Shown here in pieces: positions 36,990 to 49,458 of a stretch of DNA of 64,000 nt (positions are counted from its first letter, which is position 1; each line of letters opens with the position of its first letter). Origin of the DNA: Dicyema japonicum. Its lineage: Eukaryota; Animalia; Dicyemida. A program made the translations under genes and the position numbers. Where the stretch lies: NCBI GenBank assembly GCA_011109175.1, contig RDEW01000012.1, positions 138,525 through 202,524 on the forward strand. Reading direction: 5' to 3'. The notes under the pieces are model-generated. The model had not been told where the DNA came from. It did not search any database and saw nothing but the letters and a program-made list of their open reading frames with translations.

Positions 36990-38400
36990 TAAGAACAACT
37001 CAGGTATGTCTCTTATGTGGATAATCGAATATCAGGAAATTTGGAATTAACTGCACGCAATGTGAATCATTTGTCCATTTGGGCTGCATCAAAATGAGTA
37101 AAGCTTGAGCCGAGACGCTGCCGAGTTGGCTGTGTCCCTCTTGTATTGGGAATAAGGTCCCCAAGCGGGAAAAATTAGCTCAGCCAAACTTTACACTACC
37201 ACATACTGACCACACTCTCTTGAAGATCTCGAACCTCCGGAAAGCCAGGAAGATCCCAGCAAAAATCCTTAAAGAAGTACGAATTGCCGCAGCATTGTGT
37301 TTTTCATATGTCATTGATCACGCACTGTCCTCTGACAGTTGGGAATCTTGGCTAAAACTTATATGGTTTGCACCTATCGCACTCGGAATACATACAACGG
37401 AATCTAAGGACAATAAAGAGCAAACTCCCGGCTCAACTTATCCGTGAAACTGAAACGAAGCATAATGATTTTAGCAGTCATAACATACACGCAATACTTG
37501 CCACTTAATGTCAATGAGGTCGAAACCAGAGGAGCATACACCAAAGATGTCCGCAACAAACTAAAGGAGAGAGTAAACAGGAAAATTCAGGAGGGCCAGC
37601 CTTACGGTTATCACGTCCGCTGACACAGTATTGTCTTGTACCCCCGAGGTACTGAATACCTTAATACTAAAGCACTACCCTCTTTAAAACACATGGGCTT
37701 GGACATCAATGTTAACAAATCAGAGCTAATAAATGTCTCATATCCAAACACTGACTTTCTCTATATCAAAGAGTCTTTTAACGAACTGCTTCCTGGGATT
37801 CCGACTGTGCCAGTTGATAAATTATATTTTCTACCCAAGCTTTTATATCTACTCTAATGTTCACCCTACGAACAATACGACAGTCTACTATCGATAGACA
37901 AATCTCTCAAACAAACCATCGAGTCAATTGACGTCAGCTTCGACGAACTTGTTTGGAAGCAATGCAAGCTTCCCATCACAGTTTGAACCAGTGGGTCTCG
38001 ATCGAAGAGATGGAAAGAGACCTGACGGGATGACCTTTTTCCCTTACATATCCGGAAGATCTTTGGCCTGGGACGCAACTTGTGTTGACACATATTCAAG
38101 AACGAACCTTTTCAAATCGGTTCAGACACCTGGAGCAGCTGCTTCAACCGCGGAAAACCTAAAAATCAAGAAATATTCTTGCCTCCGGGACCGGTACCGA
38201 TTTACTCCTGTTGCTGTCGAGTCATCAGGAGCCGTTGGTACAATGACGACTGAGTTATCGCGCTAACTCGGAGGAATGCTTCCCAGAAAGAAAAAGATCA
38301 ACAAGAAGGGTTCTGGCTGAGACAAAATATTGGATTAACAATACTCCGAGGGAACTCGTTTGCGATCCACGCAACCGGCTTCCTCAACTAACATTTGTTT
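36990..38400 (+). mobile_element. CRE-like LINE with N-terminal PHD finger, internally deleted
   Basis: CLLC..CTQCESFVHLGC..WLCPSC; KIP..EVRIAAA..WLKL; GLDINVNKSE; DGKRPDGMTF..WDATCVDTYS..KKY..PVAVESSG. Confidence 0.8.
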
Positions 38401-38476
38401 CTTTGAAAAAAAATTAATGTTTATTTTTTCAAAAATTGAAAATTTTTAAGTGCTATATTTATTTTTTAAACGTTAG

Positions 38477-38690
38477 GCCGCGTGGCTCCGTGTGGTGCTA
38501 TGTGACTAGGTGGTCATAAATTTTTTTCCTTCATTGGATCTACCCTACTGCCTGGCCGGCATCAAGAGGATCCAATTATTTTTCCCCGGGAGACAATTTC
38601 GTTACCTGGAGACAAGTTCTGGAATGCTAGAACGAGTCAGGATAAAGGAGTTAGTTTGGTTACCCTTGTCTCTAGATAATTTAATTTTTT
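38477..38690 (+). mobile_element. Third element carrying the hairpin head, different body
   Basis: GCCGCGTGGCTCCGTGTGGTGCTATGTGAC matches the heads at 4568-4597 and 23020-23043; 3' boundary uncertain (TTAGTTTGGTT near 38650 resembles the tail). Confidence 0.5.
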
Positions 38691-39579
38691 TAACTTGTCT
38701 GTCTAAAATCTTCTTTGTGAAAATTATCTCTCGCTTAAAGACCTGGCTACTCATTCTATTTTAGTTTCCTTTGGTGTTACACTATCATGTTCATTAGTTA
38801 TTTCTCAAGACTAGGATCTCTCCATCATTATTTACGTCAATCAGGGATACTGACAATTCAGAATATAATATTTATCTCTTATGTTTCATGCTAGAATTTA
38901 GTCATCGTTTAGTGATGCTTATATTCCTCCTATATAAATATCAATCTCCTCAGTTCTTCTCCGTCCCTTTTCGCAACTGACCACTGTAATGTCAATTTAT
39001 AATAAATTCAAAAAACTAAGCTTATTTGTCGTTAAAAAGACTTGATCTTTGATATTTGACTGTCAGTTCAAAACACGTCTCGTGTGACAAATCTGTGTAC
39101 GTCTTTTGGCAAAAACAAGCAGAGCATAGCAACTGTCCACAGACAGTTTTTTAGAACAACAATAAACTATGCCTTGCCTGTCTGAAATTGTTGTAAATCA
39201 ATAACCAACAAAAGTTTACCATAAAAACAATTATTGACTGTCTTTAAACCTCTTATATCGACCACTTTCAAAAATTTTACCCATCACTTGCATTGCGAAT
39301 TACTCCCTCATAAACTTCTTACTATATCTTGATAATTGTAAAACGTCACACCATCTGGATCATAGCATGTGACGCTCGCAAATATTAGAAAGAGCATAAC
39401 TACCATGAGACAAAACTAGCATTTTCAGACGAAACTCTCACATTCAATTTCTCAGACATACCAGATCCATCCTCTGGAGTATGTTTTATTATTTACCAGT
39501 TTCAACAATTGAAAAAAGTAATTGGAATTTTTTAGTTATAAACAAACTCAGTGATTTAATAAAAATAAACAGAAAATTG

Positions 39580-42214
39580 TTAAATTTCAACGCAATTGTG
39601 ATAATTTTCTTTTTTCGGAATAAATTCTCCAGTTATATTACTCAGGTAGTTATTACCAGGTCTTCTAATATCCAACTTCCCGACTGTCGAATTATGTTCA
39701 TTTTCCTAATAAATTAGTTTACAACAGCTTAATTAAGTTATCAATGGTAAGGCATATTACCTTGGATTTAGTTAATAGTATGGTTTGGTTTTTCTCAGGA
39801 TCCCACAGGTTTCTCAGTGTAAAATATTTTTGATTCCTTTCTTTTAGTTTTTTCTTTTCTATTTTTTATATCTGAAAGAATACCACGTGTTCTTTTGTAG
39901 ATACGATTTCCTACGATTCCAACAATAAAAAGAAAAAGTGACGAACAAAGAAACGACACGGCTATAGTTATCGTCGTAATCTGAGATTTTGAAACTTGAA
40001 AATCGCCTGAAATTGTTATCTCAACGTTAAATATAAAATTGGTTCTGTTTCTTTTGTCGATAGCTTCTACAACTAGATAAAACAATGTGCCATTAGGTTG
40101 CCTCACAAAATAAATTCCTCCATTGGAAGTTACTGATAATAGTTTAGTATTTGATTTTATTATATAAAAAGAAAAATATCTGACGCTGACTGAGTCTTTC
40201 TCGGGATACAAATATGCAATGTAGTTTTGATTGAACTCAACCTGTAAATTGATGTTAATCCATTTTTCTCCGGGGAAAATAAAAAATGGAATATTTTGAT
40301 GGCTTTCTTTGGATTCAATTGTAATCAAAGTTGAAGTTTCAAATGAATCTGGGTATCCCCCGTCATTTACAAACAACTTGCATTCAACAGTCCGACATCC
40401 CACGTCTTTGAAATTAAAATTTGTATAAATTTCTCCTCTCCAACCAATTCCAAAGTAATTGTCGCAAAATGATAGTGGATCCCAGAAATATAACAATGAT
40501 GCGTTTCCCGAATAATCTTTGTCATAAGCGACAACACGTCCGATTGTTTCTCCAGCAGAGTAGTTGTTCAAAACTAAAAAATTATATTTAGATTTTTCAA
40601 AATATGGTGGATGTACATTTTCCTCGACAAATATTACATCAACCGGAACATTGGTATGGAGTTTAGGAATTCCATGATCAGTTGCAGTAACTGTGAAAAC
40701 ATAATGTTTATTGAAATTTGTAATTTTTGATATAAATATCGACCCGTTGGAATGATTAATTTTAAATGGGAGATTAATAGAGTTTGTAATTGAATATGTA
40801 ATTTCAGAATTCATATCACTGTCTTGGTCGTAAGCCTTTACATTTAGTACTGGAAAATTAATATTTTCTTGTTTAGTCCATAACACAGCTTTATAATATG
40901 GACGGACAAAAAACGGGTGATTGTCGTTCACATCCTCAATGTTAAATGTAAATTGGTTTTCTATTTGGTTTTCGGGACTTCCGTGATCTTTACACGATAT
41001 ATTTACGACGAACATTGTTGTTTCTTCGTAATCGATTGCTTCAACAGAATTAATGAAAACAAATTTGGAGTTATTTGCTTGAGAGAGACAAACTGGTTAT
41101 CCGCTAAATCACAACTGATTCTAACCATTTTCTCCAACATCATCATCAGAGACAGTAAAATATAATAATGTTTTTGGAGTATTTACGTTTTCTTTAATAT
41201 AGAATAAATAATTCTTGATTAGTTGGACGTAACTGGACATTGAAATTATGTTTAGGACAGGAAAGTTGTTATTAATATCTACAATATAAACGTGGAGTCC
41301 CATCATATCATATCTTTTCCTGGCACAAATTGTAAAACTGAACTCCGAATGTTCCTCAAAAAGAATTTCTCTTATAACACGGACAGATCCTGTGATGCCA
41401 TCGATTTCAAAGTATAGTTTTGCCTCATTGTTGCCACTTTCATCACAAAAAGAATAATTGAAGTCATTTATTATCGGTTTATTATTTTGAATGTAAATAT
41501 GAGAGTGCCTCTTGGAGTGCTCTCGTTGATATAAATATAATCTGATTTCTTTGTGAAATGGACAACATCTTTAGTATTTTGATTTAATACAATTTTGACT
41601 GGTAACTTTGATTCATGGATACCATCCGAGGCCAACAAATTAAATTGGTACTGAATTTCTTTTAATTCATAAATTATCTCTAAATATACATTTTTTGTGT
41701 TATTATCAAAATGCAGCTTGAACGGAATTGAGGTTGTCGTCTCGATTTTGTAACCCTTCAATGAGTGAGTCCAACCATCGGCATCAGCTGCTCTTTCCAA
41801 CGAAATAACTTGCCCAATCTTCGCATCTTTCGATATGTTGTATTCAATCACGTTTAGAGTAAAGAAAGGGGAGTTGTCGTTTATATCAATAACTCTGATT
41901 TCAACTTCAATAAAAAGTACATTAGATTTTAGAGTGAGGGATATAATAAAGGACACAATGCATTCTTGGAATGATCCGTAACTGCTTTGAGGACAAATTT
42001 CTTCTCTATCTAATTTTTGCTTCAATAAAATGAATTTGTGATTCAAATAAAAATAATTCTTCCAAGGATTGTGAATTATTTCTGCAGTTGAGACTTTAGT
42101 AACATCAATTTGAGCGTCTTCTATAAAGTTTTTGCAAAAATCCAAAGATTCCTCAACGATGGAGTAATGAAGGCTTGTTAAAGCGGCCGTATGGAGTAAA
42201 AATACAAAAAACAT
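39580..42214 (-). CDS. Protocadherin (signal peptide, about 7 cadherin repeats, TM, short tail); three 1-nt indels in this sequence
   Basis: LDREE, DINDNSPFF, AADADG, DDDVGENG, IDYEE, DVNDNHPFF, ATDHGIPKL, AYDKD; TM ITTITIAVSFLCSSLFLFIVGIVG. Unspliced stop at 39795; two predicted micro-introns would extend the tail to 39580. Confidence 0.85.
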
Positions 42215-43759
42215 TTCTATTAATTTTTCTGTTCGTATTTTAACGTAAAAAATAGCGGCTGTAATCAATTAATCAAATTAAGGATTTTTATATCTCATAA
42301 TGAGGAGATTCAAAGAGTTTGATGTGAGACAGATGTAAAGTCAAGTATGATCAGAAATTGGAATTAACTCTCAAATTGAAATAAATCAAAGTATGTTATT
42401 GGGTAAAGTGCATCCTTTAATATTTGAATTGTTTTGTGACAATTAAGATTAATACGACTTTAATAAAGATTAATTGTCCGATATTCTATGAAAAGGGTGA
42501 TTTCTGGAACAGTAAAAGCAGCAATAAACTTGGACGATACTTAAGAAAACTTTGAAGCTGCAAATAGTCAAAAGCAAGCTGACCAATTAACACAAAATCA
42601 ATAAGCAATCAAGTTTTTTCTACATATTTAGTAATATATCAAATTATTAGCATCATACATGGAAATGATATCAAAGTTTTTAATTTCGTGTTGGCATCAT
42701 TGTGTGTCCGACACTTTTTTGTTCAGATTTTCTGGTTTCCTATCATGGTTAAAAGAAGGATATGGATTTTATCAATCATGAAACAAAGTATACATAAATG
42801 TACGCCTCCACCTCAACTTTCCAACCAATTAACCACTTGGCTAATTAGTCTACAAAATTCTTCAATTAAGAAATCAACACGTTATATTTAAGAGTCACTG
42901 ATCTTCAGATATTAAATTTTTCCTAATAAATTTACTAACATTATTTATTTATAACCTCAGACTTACAATTTTTGGTAAGCCCAAGATAAACAGTCATGAC
43001 TAATTGATCCAAGGAAAAAACCAAAAAGAGAACGTCTGCTTGTATCGATCAAATTCATACTTCAATAGTTCATTACAGGCTTTCACTCACGAAAAAAGGT
43101 AGAGAAGTAAGTCCACCCTCTTCCATTTTCATCACTCGTCTTACCGTCGCTGGTAATAGTTTCTATAATGGGATTCTTCAACAGTGAAGTTGGTCAGGGA
43201 GAACATTTTTTTCTAATAATTTACTGTGTTTTTAATTAAATAATGATTTTAATTACCAGTTTATCACTATTATTTCTATAAAATCTAACTTAATTGGAAT
43301 TTTTTAATTCTGTTTTAAGAGCTAAGCTATTATTTCAAGCGAAGAACTACATATTAAAATGAAAAAAATTAAAGAATCATTGGATTTCAATTTGAAAAAA
43401 ACTTAATAACTAATGGACAATTAATAAAGTGATCCAATTGGGATTATAATATAATTATGTTATCATGAAATGTTAATTATAACCATAAATCATAAAATTC
43501 AATTATTGTCATATCATTGTTTAAATTTTTAGTTGGAGACTTTTAATATTAATTCATTTATTTCATATTAATCCATTGAAATTGCTTGTCTGTCTGAATT
43601 ACATTAATCCATCTTTTTTATCAGAATCAATTACTTTTAAGCAAAAAAGAATTTCATTATCACATACGTAAATTCTTTCTTTATGTTTGACCTCCATTCT
43701 TAGAGTTTTCTTCAATAAGGTTGATTAAAAGTAAATTTTACGAAGAATATAAAAAGTTT

Positions 43760-43830
43760 TTTGATAAAGTTTAATATGGAAGATATTTTTAATTGTGATG
43801 AAACTTGCCTTTTCATTAAAAAGAATTAGC
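43760..43830 (+). mobile_element. pogo-type DDE relic
   Basis: EDIFNCDETCLF. Confidence 0.5.
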
Positions 43831-44329
43831 GATTACTTTTTTAATTAATAAATAAAATGTTTTTTTTATTTTTAACGTGGTATTTAATATAAAAAATTAA
43901 AAAATAGTATTGAAAAAATGGATAAATTATTTTACTCTGTATTTGGGGCGTTTTTCTATTGTGGCAGGAGTTGTACTGTATAATTAAAAGCACTATTCGA
44001 GTTACTGAAGAGACACTTCCGTGGCGATTGTTGACGGACTGATGTGATTAGTTAATTGGTTGGTTTTGATATCTTCTTTCTTGGGTTTCTTAAATAAATG
44101 ACTTCAAGAAATAATAGTCATTAATATTTTTTTTTGCCGTCCTGTAACAGATCTGACTGACCAATTCTAACCACGTCTCTCTGTTAGGGACTTTATTAGG
44201 AGAAGTTTCGAGATTTTTTTCATTCTTATCTTTGACAGGACTGTCAGTAAGGTTATTCTTGGTCATCCTCGATGGTCTCCAGTAAAATAATTTTCCATTT
44301 GTAGTTACCTTGGGTTGCAATGTCTATAT

Positions 44330-45740
44330 ATAAAATATGCCCAAATAGCTTCCACTAATTTTCGACAATTGTAGAAGGAGTATAATATTTGATTAAAGTC
44401 ATTCTTGTTCATTACTTTCCAATAGTTGTTTTCTGTTGACTTCTATAGAGCTCATCTATTTTGGTAAATTAAAATTCCGGTTATCTACAAGGTAGATAAT
44501 ATTAGAAACGTTTTTGTTCTTGTTGTCTTTTTACCGAATCCTTCGTAATTTAGTTAGAGCAATTGTCGCCAATGTTTTCCTGTCTACTCCTTTTTAATTA
44601 GAGACCCTAGTTTCTTAATTTTTCCCAGGATTTACATGTTCCGATGGTTTTTATTTGCATGCACGTATTCTTTTTTTCCAACATTAATGTTCAGCCACAG
44701 TGGTTAAGTGTCGGGTTAAGTGGCTTAGGTCACGGGTTCGATTCTCGCTGCTGTTCATTTGGTGGAAGGTTCCACGCATCTACGATGCCAAAAGGGCTTG
44801 ACGAGTGACGCCGTCATCAGTGGAGATTAACTGCGGAACTGGATAATCACTGGATACCCAAGAAAAATAAAACAAAAAGTAAAGAGGATACCTTGGTTCT
44901 CCCTCTACGATTAGTTATAATAACTGTTCTTTACTTAAATAAAGTGTGTTCTGCATGAGCGAAACCCTGGGCATTTAACGTGCTTATGGCAGCGCGGAAG
45001 TATTTACTTAATGTTCAAAAACCAGATCGAGAATACACGTGGGGAGTTACTGGGGATTCAACATTATCCGCATGTATTGTTTTCGTGCTATTAATTTAGA
45101 CTTTCAATAGTCTTTAAAGGAATTGAATGGATGATAATAGAATTTATTGGGGAACATAACAAGATGTTTTAAAGTAGGGAGATTTCACGGTACTGAATTT
45201 GACTGTATCGTTTAGTATAAGACCTGTCTCAGGATCTGCTATACCTTTAACAAATTTTATTTCTATTTACTGGGTAGAAACCCAGAAATATTCCAATGAG
45301 ATGAATAGAGGTCTATATTGAACCACCTATGTCCTTGATATTTTAGCGCGAAATCTACCCTGGTTTGGGGATAAAAATTCATTAACTTTGTCCTTGATTC
45401 TGATCAGAACATTTAGGAATAAAGTTATGTGTAATACCGTTAGAAGGGTAATTGATCAAATTTAATAATTCTGCAGACATCTCGTCAAGACCTGTTGATT
45501 TCCCGTATTGAGTTTTACCATTGCGAATGAGACTTCCTCACTGTTATTGAGTTTTATATACCGTGGAGTAACCTTTGGTTACACGTTGATGCTCAAATTC
45601 AATGAAAGTTCATTTCTTTTAAGGGACTCCTTCGAAATATTGAGACACAATTTTCACTTTTTATAGCTATTCATGACTGTTCTTTTTTCTTAATGGGCGA
45701 TGGTATCCTGATGCTGTTTATTGTATTACCCTAAACATTT
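44330..45740 (-). mobile_element. RTE LINE remnant interrupted by the SINE at 44690
   Basis: GKSTGLDEMSAELL, LIRIKDKVNEFLSPNQGRFR, then KKLGSLI beyond the SINE. Confidence 0.6.
44690..45010 (+). mobile_element. tRNA-derived SINE, most complete copy
   Basis: A-box-like AGCCACAGTGGTTAAG; B-box GGTTCGATTC at 44735; core GTGGAAGGTT.CACGCATCTACGATGC..TTGACGAGTGAC..GTCATCAGTG..ACTGCGGAAC also at 62590-62670 and partly at 47955-48010. Confidence 0.8.
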
Positions 45741-46275
45741 TTGTACATATTTATCAAGTCCCTGTGCTGATTTCTTCTTGTCCCAGTCTATATGGTTGCT
45801 TCTGTTGGTTGTTTGAAATGACTTTAGGATGTATAAAGGTAATTTATATGCGGAATTCAACCATATATTCAACAAGCAGGTTTCTCGTTAATATTAATGT
45901 TTTTTTCTTTAAACTGAAAATTTACTGTGATCAGGTCATTAAAATACCAAAATAGTTTATAACAAAGGAAAATTGAATTTATTGATTTCAGACTAAATGA
46001 GATTCTTATAATATAAACTAACAGTCAATAAGGTAAGTTGGTCACATTCACGCTCAATCAGCCATCCCTCTTCTCGGCTGCTCAATCTTCTTTTACTATC
46101 AACCATACGGTGGCACATGGGAATCCTCAAGGTTTAATTGCAAATACAAAATAATATATTTGATAAATCTCAATATATTGAACAAAAATACGTAATAATT
46201 TAATAATATTAAAAATAACAAAAATATTAAAATATTAAAATATAATTAATCTGTGGTTTTAAAACCAAATAATAA

Positions 46276-47801
46276 ATGGAATCTTCAAATGAAGAGTGTA
46301 ATGAGATTTCAATGAATGTAAAACGAATTGGGTATTGTTAATTGATGGAATTATAGAGGAATCCACACTTTTATGAATTTGATTAAAGGAATGGTTGGAA
46401 TTGGACTTTTGACAATCCCAATTGGACTAAAACACTCTGGAATGGCTGTATTTAAAAATATTAAATATTAGGTGGGTCTGATCACATTGGTTATGATATC
46501 AATTACTACATCATTTTCTATGAATGTTTTAATGGATTGTTGCTTAATGGTTGAACAGCATATTCAGGATATCGACACTTCGTTGAGTCAGATTATTTGG
46601 GAGTTTGTAGTTTATTATAAACAAGACTAAATGAAATTAATTATAGACAAGTGATATATCACAGTATTCTTATTGGTTTCAGATCCCCTAAACTTGCATC
46701 AATTTTCGGTTTCGTCGTCGACTTCTTTTTGGTTTTTATCCAACTGGGATGTTGTTCCGTGTACATAATATTTGTGGCTGAAAACACTCATCAGGTATGT
46801 ATAATCAATAAAATAGTCCTTAAAATATTTTGATTTGCCATATGTCAATCCATTAGTATATTATGCCGCAACAGTGTTGATATTATGGATATTTGTTTTT
46901 ATTCAGAGTCTCGACCAAATAGCCGCTTGCTCCCTTTTTGGAAACATTGCTGGAACAATTTCTCTGGCAATTGTTTTCTTTTTTTGTTTTCCGACATTGA
47001 CAATTGTTAGAATTCCAATGGCCACGGACTTTGCCGGATTTGCAATCTTTTTCGGAATGTCAGTCTATAGCTTAGAAGGAAATGGATTGGTAATTCTATA
47101 ATTATTTGAGATCCTTCCAATTCGCAATAAAATGAGGCATAAACAAACACTCTTTGGATGCTTTGGTATATTTAATGTTAGTATTTCCATTGCCACTCTC
47201 ATCAACGTGGCAATTGGTTTTTACGGATTTCTTCGATTTGGAAACGATATATGTCCCAGCATCACACTAAACATGCCTCCCTGCACGTATTAATTGAGCT
47301 ACATTACTAGATTATCAGTTACTGGGAGAATACTATTTATTAGTTCTGTTGTACTCAGTTTTGGACTTCAATTATATGTTCCTGTACAAATTATCCTTCC
47401 CTTAATTTTTCATATTCCTATTTTTCAAAGAATGTTTGTTGAAAAGGGACGTCAAAGGTTAGGGGAGTCCGTTCTAAGATTTACGATAATTGTATTTTGT
47501 TGGTTTGTAATAATTCAATTTACATTTTAGCACTTTTTGCTGTTTTTATTCCTTACATGGATTTTGATGACTTCATTGATTGGATCTATTTGTTGTACGT
47601 GGCTTACATTTATTTTGCCAGCATTTGCTAATATTGCTATTTATTGGAAAGACAGAAAAACACAAAAGACATAAAATAATAATATCCGTATATTTACTGA
47701 TATTTGGAATGTTGGGGATGATGTTTGGAACTTACTCGAGTGCTCGGGAGATAATCCTAGCATTCCAGAATCGTGTGCCTTCACAATGTTCTCATAGATG
47801 A
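46276..47801 (+). CDS. Proton-coupled amino-acid transporter-like (SLC36/Aa_trans family), 8 exons; two 1-nt indels near the 3' end
   Basis: HTFMNLIKGMVGIGLLTIP, QLGCCSVYIIFVAEN, FGMSVYSLEGNG, GFYGFLRFG..SITLNMP, LQLYVPV. Introns include 46332-46356, 46448-46471, 47090-47110, 47287-47310. Confidence 0.87.
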
Positions 47802-47914
47802 CTTTTACATTTTACTACTCAAATATATGTTTTAGATATTATTTTACTTAATTCTATATTCTTGATTGCGTTTAATAATTTTAATGAGTTTCTATCCTTA
47901 CGGATATTATAGTA

Positions 47915-48125
47915 AGGTGATTCAGGATTCGAACCTGGCTGTCTATTCGGTTGAAGGCTTTTGGGTTGACGAGTGACGTTGTCATCATTGATCTATCACT
48001 GCAGAACCGGATTGTCATCTGGGACTTATAAAAGCAAAATGTAAGGAAACGAAGATTTTTGATGTCTTGTATTAATTACAATGACTATTCTTTACTTCAT
48101 AAAGTGTGTGTTTCTGCTTAAACTA
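47915..48125 (+). mobile_element. tRNA-derived SINE, diverged copy
   Basis: B-box-like GGATTCGAACC; TTGACGAGTGACG..GTCATCA; CTTTTACTTCATAAAGTGTG. Confidence 0.7.
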
Positions 48126-48154
48126 AGGTTTTAAAATTCCTTGGCGGGTTGATT

Positions 48155-48424
48155 TATTTATTTATTAACCTCCGGATACACCGAGAAAGAAGTTAAAGTA
48201 AACAACTAATTAAGTGTATCCAGTTTCCACTTCCACAGAGTCCATTCGGAATCAACATAAAGGGTAAAAGACGTCCATACTTGCAGTAGTGGAAACCCCT
48301 CCAGTAGAGTGAGGGAGAGCAAATGATCCTTTTCGTGCCGGCCTGGCACTGGGCGCCACCTAGACAGATGGATCACATGACGCCACAATAATAGGAACAG
48401 ACGAACAAAACAGAAACTTCAACC
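48155..48424 (-). mobile_element. Copy of the 4286 element body and tail, without the hairpin head
   Basis: Colinear with 4286-4564 up to AAACTTCAACCAA, then unrelated. Confidence 0.85.
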
Positions 48425-49215
48425 AAGCTATCACCATTCCTATTCAACTTATTCACAGCTGACATTTCCGACGGAGATGACGACCTGCTTTTTGCTTATG
48501 CAGACGATATCGTCTTCTCGTCTTAGCCTCACAGGATCAGAAATAATACAACACCACATGGATCGACTACTCGAGTGGTTTAATGAAAATCGGATGTCAA
48601 TCAATACCGAAAAATCTGTTACAACTCTCTATACACCTCAGACAAGAGATTGTCGACCAGGACAATAAAAGTTACTGCGGAGGAAGAGAATTGCCGCTTA
48701 GCAAATGGCAAAAAATATTGGGTCTGACTTTCGATACGCACATTGAACTTTAGAACATGTCTCACTAACGTGCTGTGGACAAATGTGATAAATAAATCAA
48801 CCTTCTGAAATGCATAACAGGTTCTATGGAAAATTGGACATCACCCTATATTAAAAACGCTCTACTCACAGTACATCGAACCATGCATTTTCATATGCGT
48901 GTTACTTCACTTTGAGGACCACTGCCTCTTTATATCGAACATCCAGAAAATCTCCGCAACCCAGAAAAAGGCCCTTCAAACTAACTGCAGAGGATGGTAT
49001 ACAGGAGAAAACATCAAATCACCGACGCCCATGAAACACTAATCGAAAAAAAACAAAATGTGGACACCAATGCCAAAAAGAAGTGCTCGCCTGCAACGAA
49101 CTTGTGTAGGCTCAAGGATCAACACCGAACAAAGATGAGAGCCTTGATCCAATCCGTCGGGATCACTTAGTTTAGTTTTCTCGGTTTAACAGTGGTCTTT
49201 GGAATTAATTTTTTA
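48425..49215 (+). mobile_element. Ingi/Vingi-like LINE 3' half with tail
   Basis: LSPFLFNLFTADI, AYADDIVF, LGLTFD, LYSQYIEP; ends GGGATCACTTAG..CAGTGGTCTTTGG. Confidence 0.75.
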
Positions 49216-49445
49216 ATTAAAAAATACCATATATTGATTTTGTCGAAGGAAAAAACCCCCATATCTTCTTAAAAAACGTCGATAGGTCCAAAAGTTATTT
49301 TTTGCAATCAATTTGCAAGAAGGCATATCAACAGTTAACACAATGAAGGACTGAAAATTAAGTGAACTGAGATCACCTAACTATTTAACTATAATTTTTT
49401 CTTATTTTATCTGAGACCATTGGGTTCTAAATAAAATGAAAATTT

Positions 49446-49458
49446 ATTGCTAAGCAAC
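49446..49458. promoter_or_regulatory. RFX X-box-like site ATTGCTAAGCAAC
   Basis: Ends 4 nt before the TUBE1 ATG; shares CTAAGCAACA with the ODAD4 site. Confidence 0.6.

Noticed and set aside
41036-41490. Euplotes-style programmed frameshifting at stop codons in the protocadherin
   Set aside because: Two shifts lie next to stops, but the third must occur well before the next stop to keep the IDYEE motif, and the TUBE1 and MetAP2 shifts are not at stops. Base-run errors explain all of them.
44690-44755. Functional tRNA gene
   Set aside because: A and B boxes are present but I cannot fold a proper acceptor and anticodon stem, and it runs into a repeated SINE body.
46647-46650. 4-nt micro-exon ACAA in the transporter
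   Set aside because: Splicing both sides gives an in-frame stop; a single 44-nt intron keeps the frame.
47287-47298. 12-nt intron GTATTAATTGAG
   Set aside because: The 24-nt alternative ending at 47310 keeps the same frame and fits the usual length.
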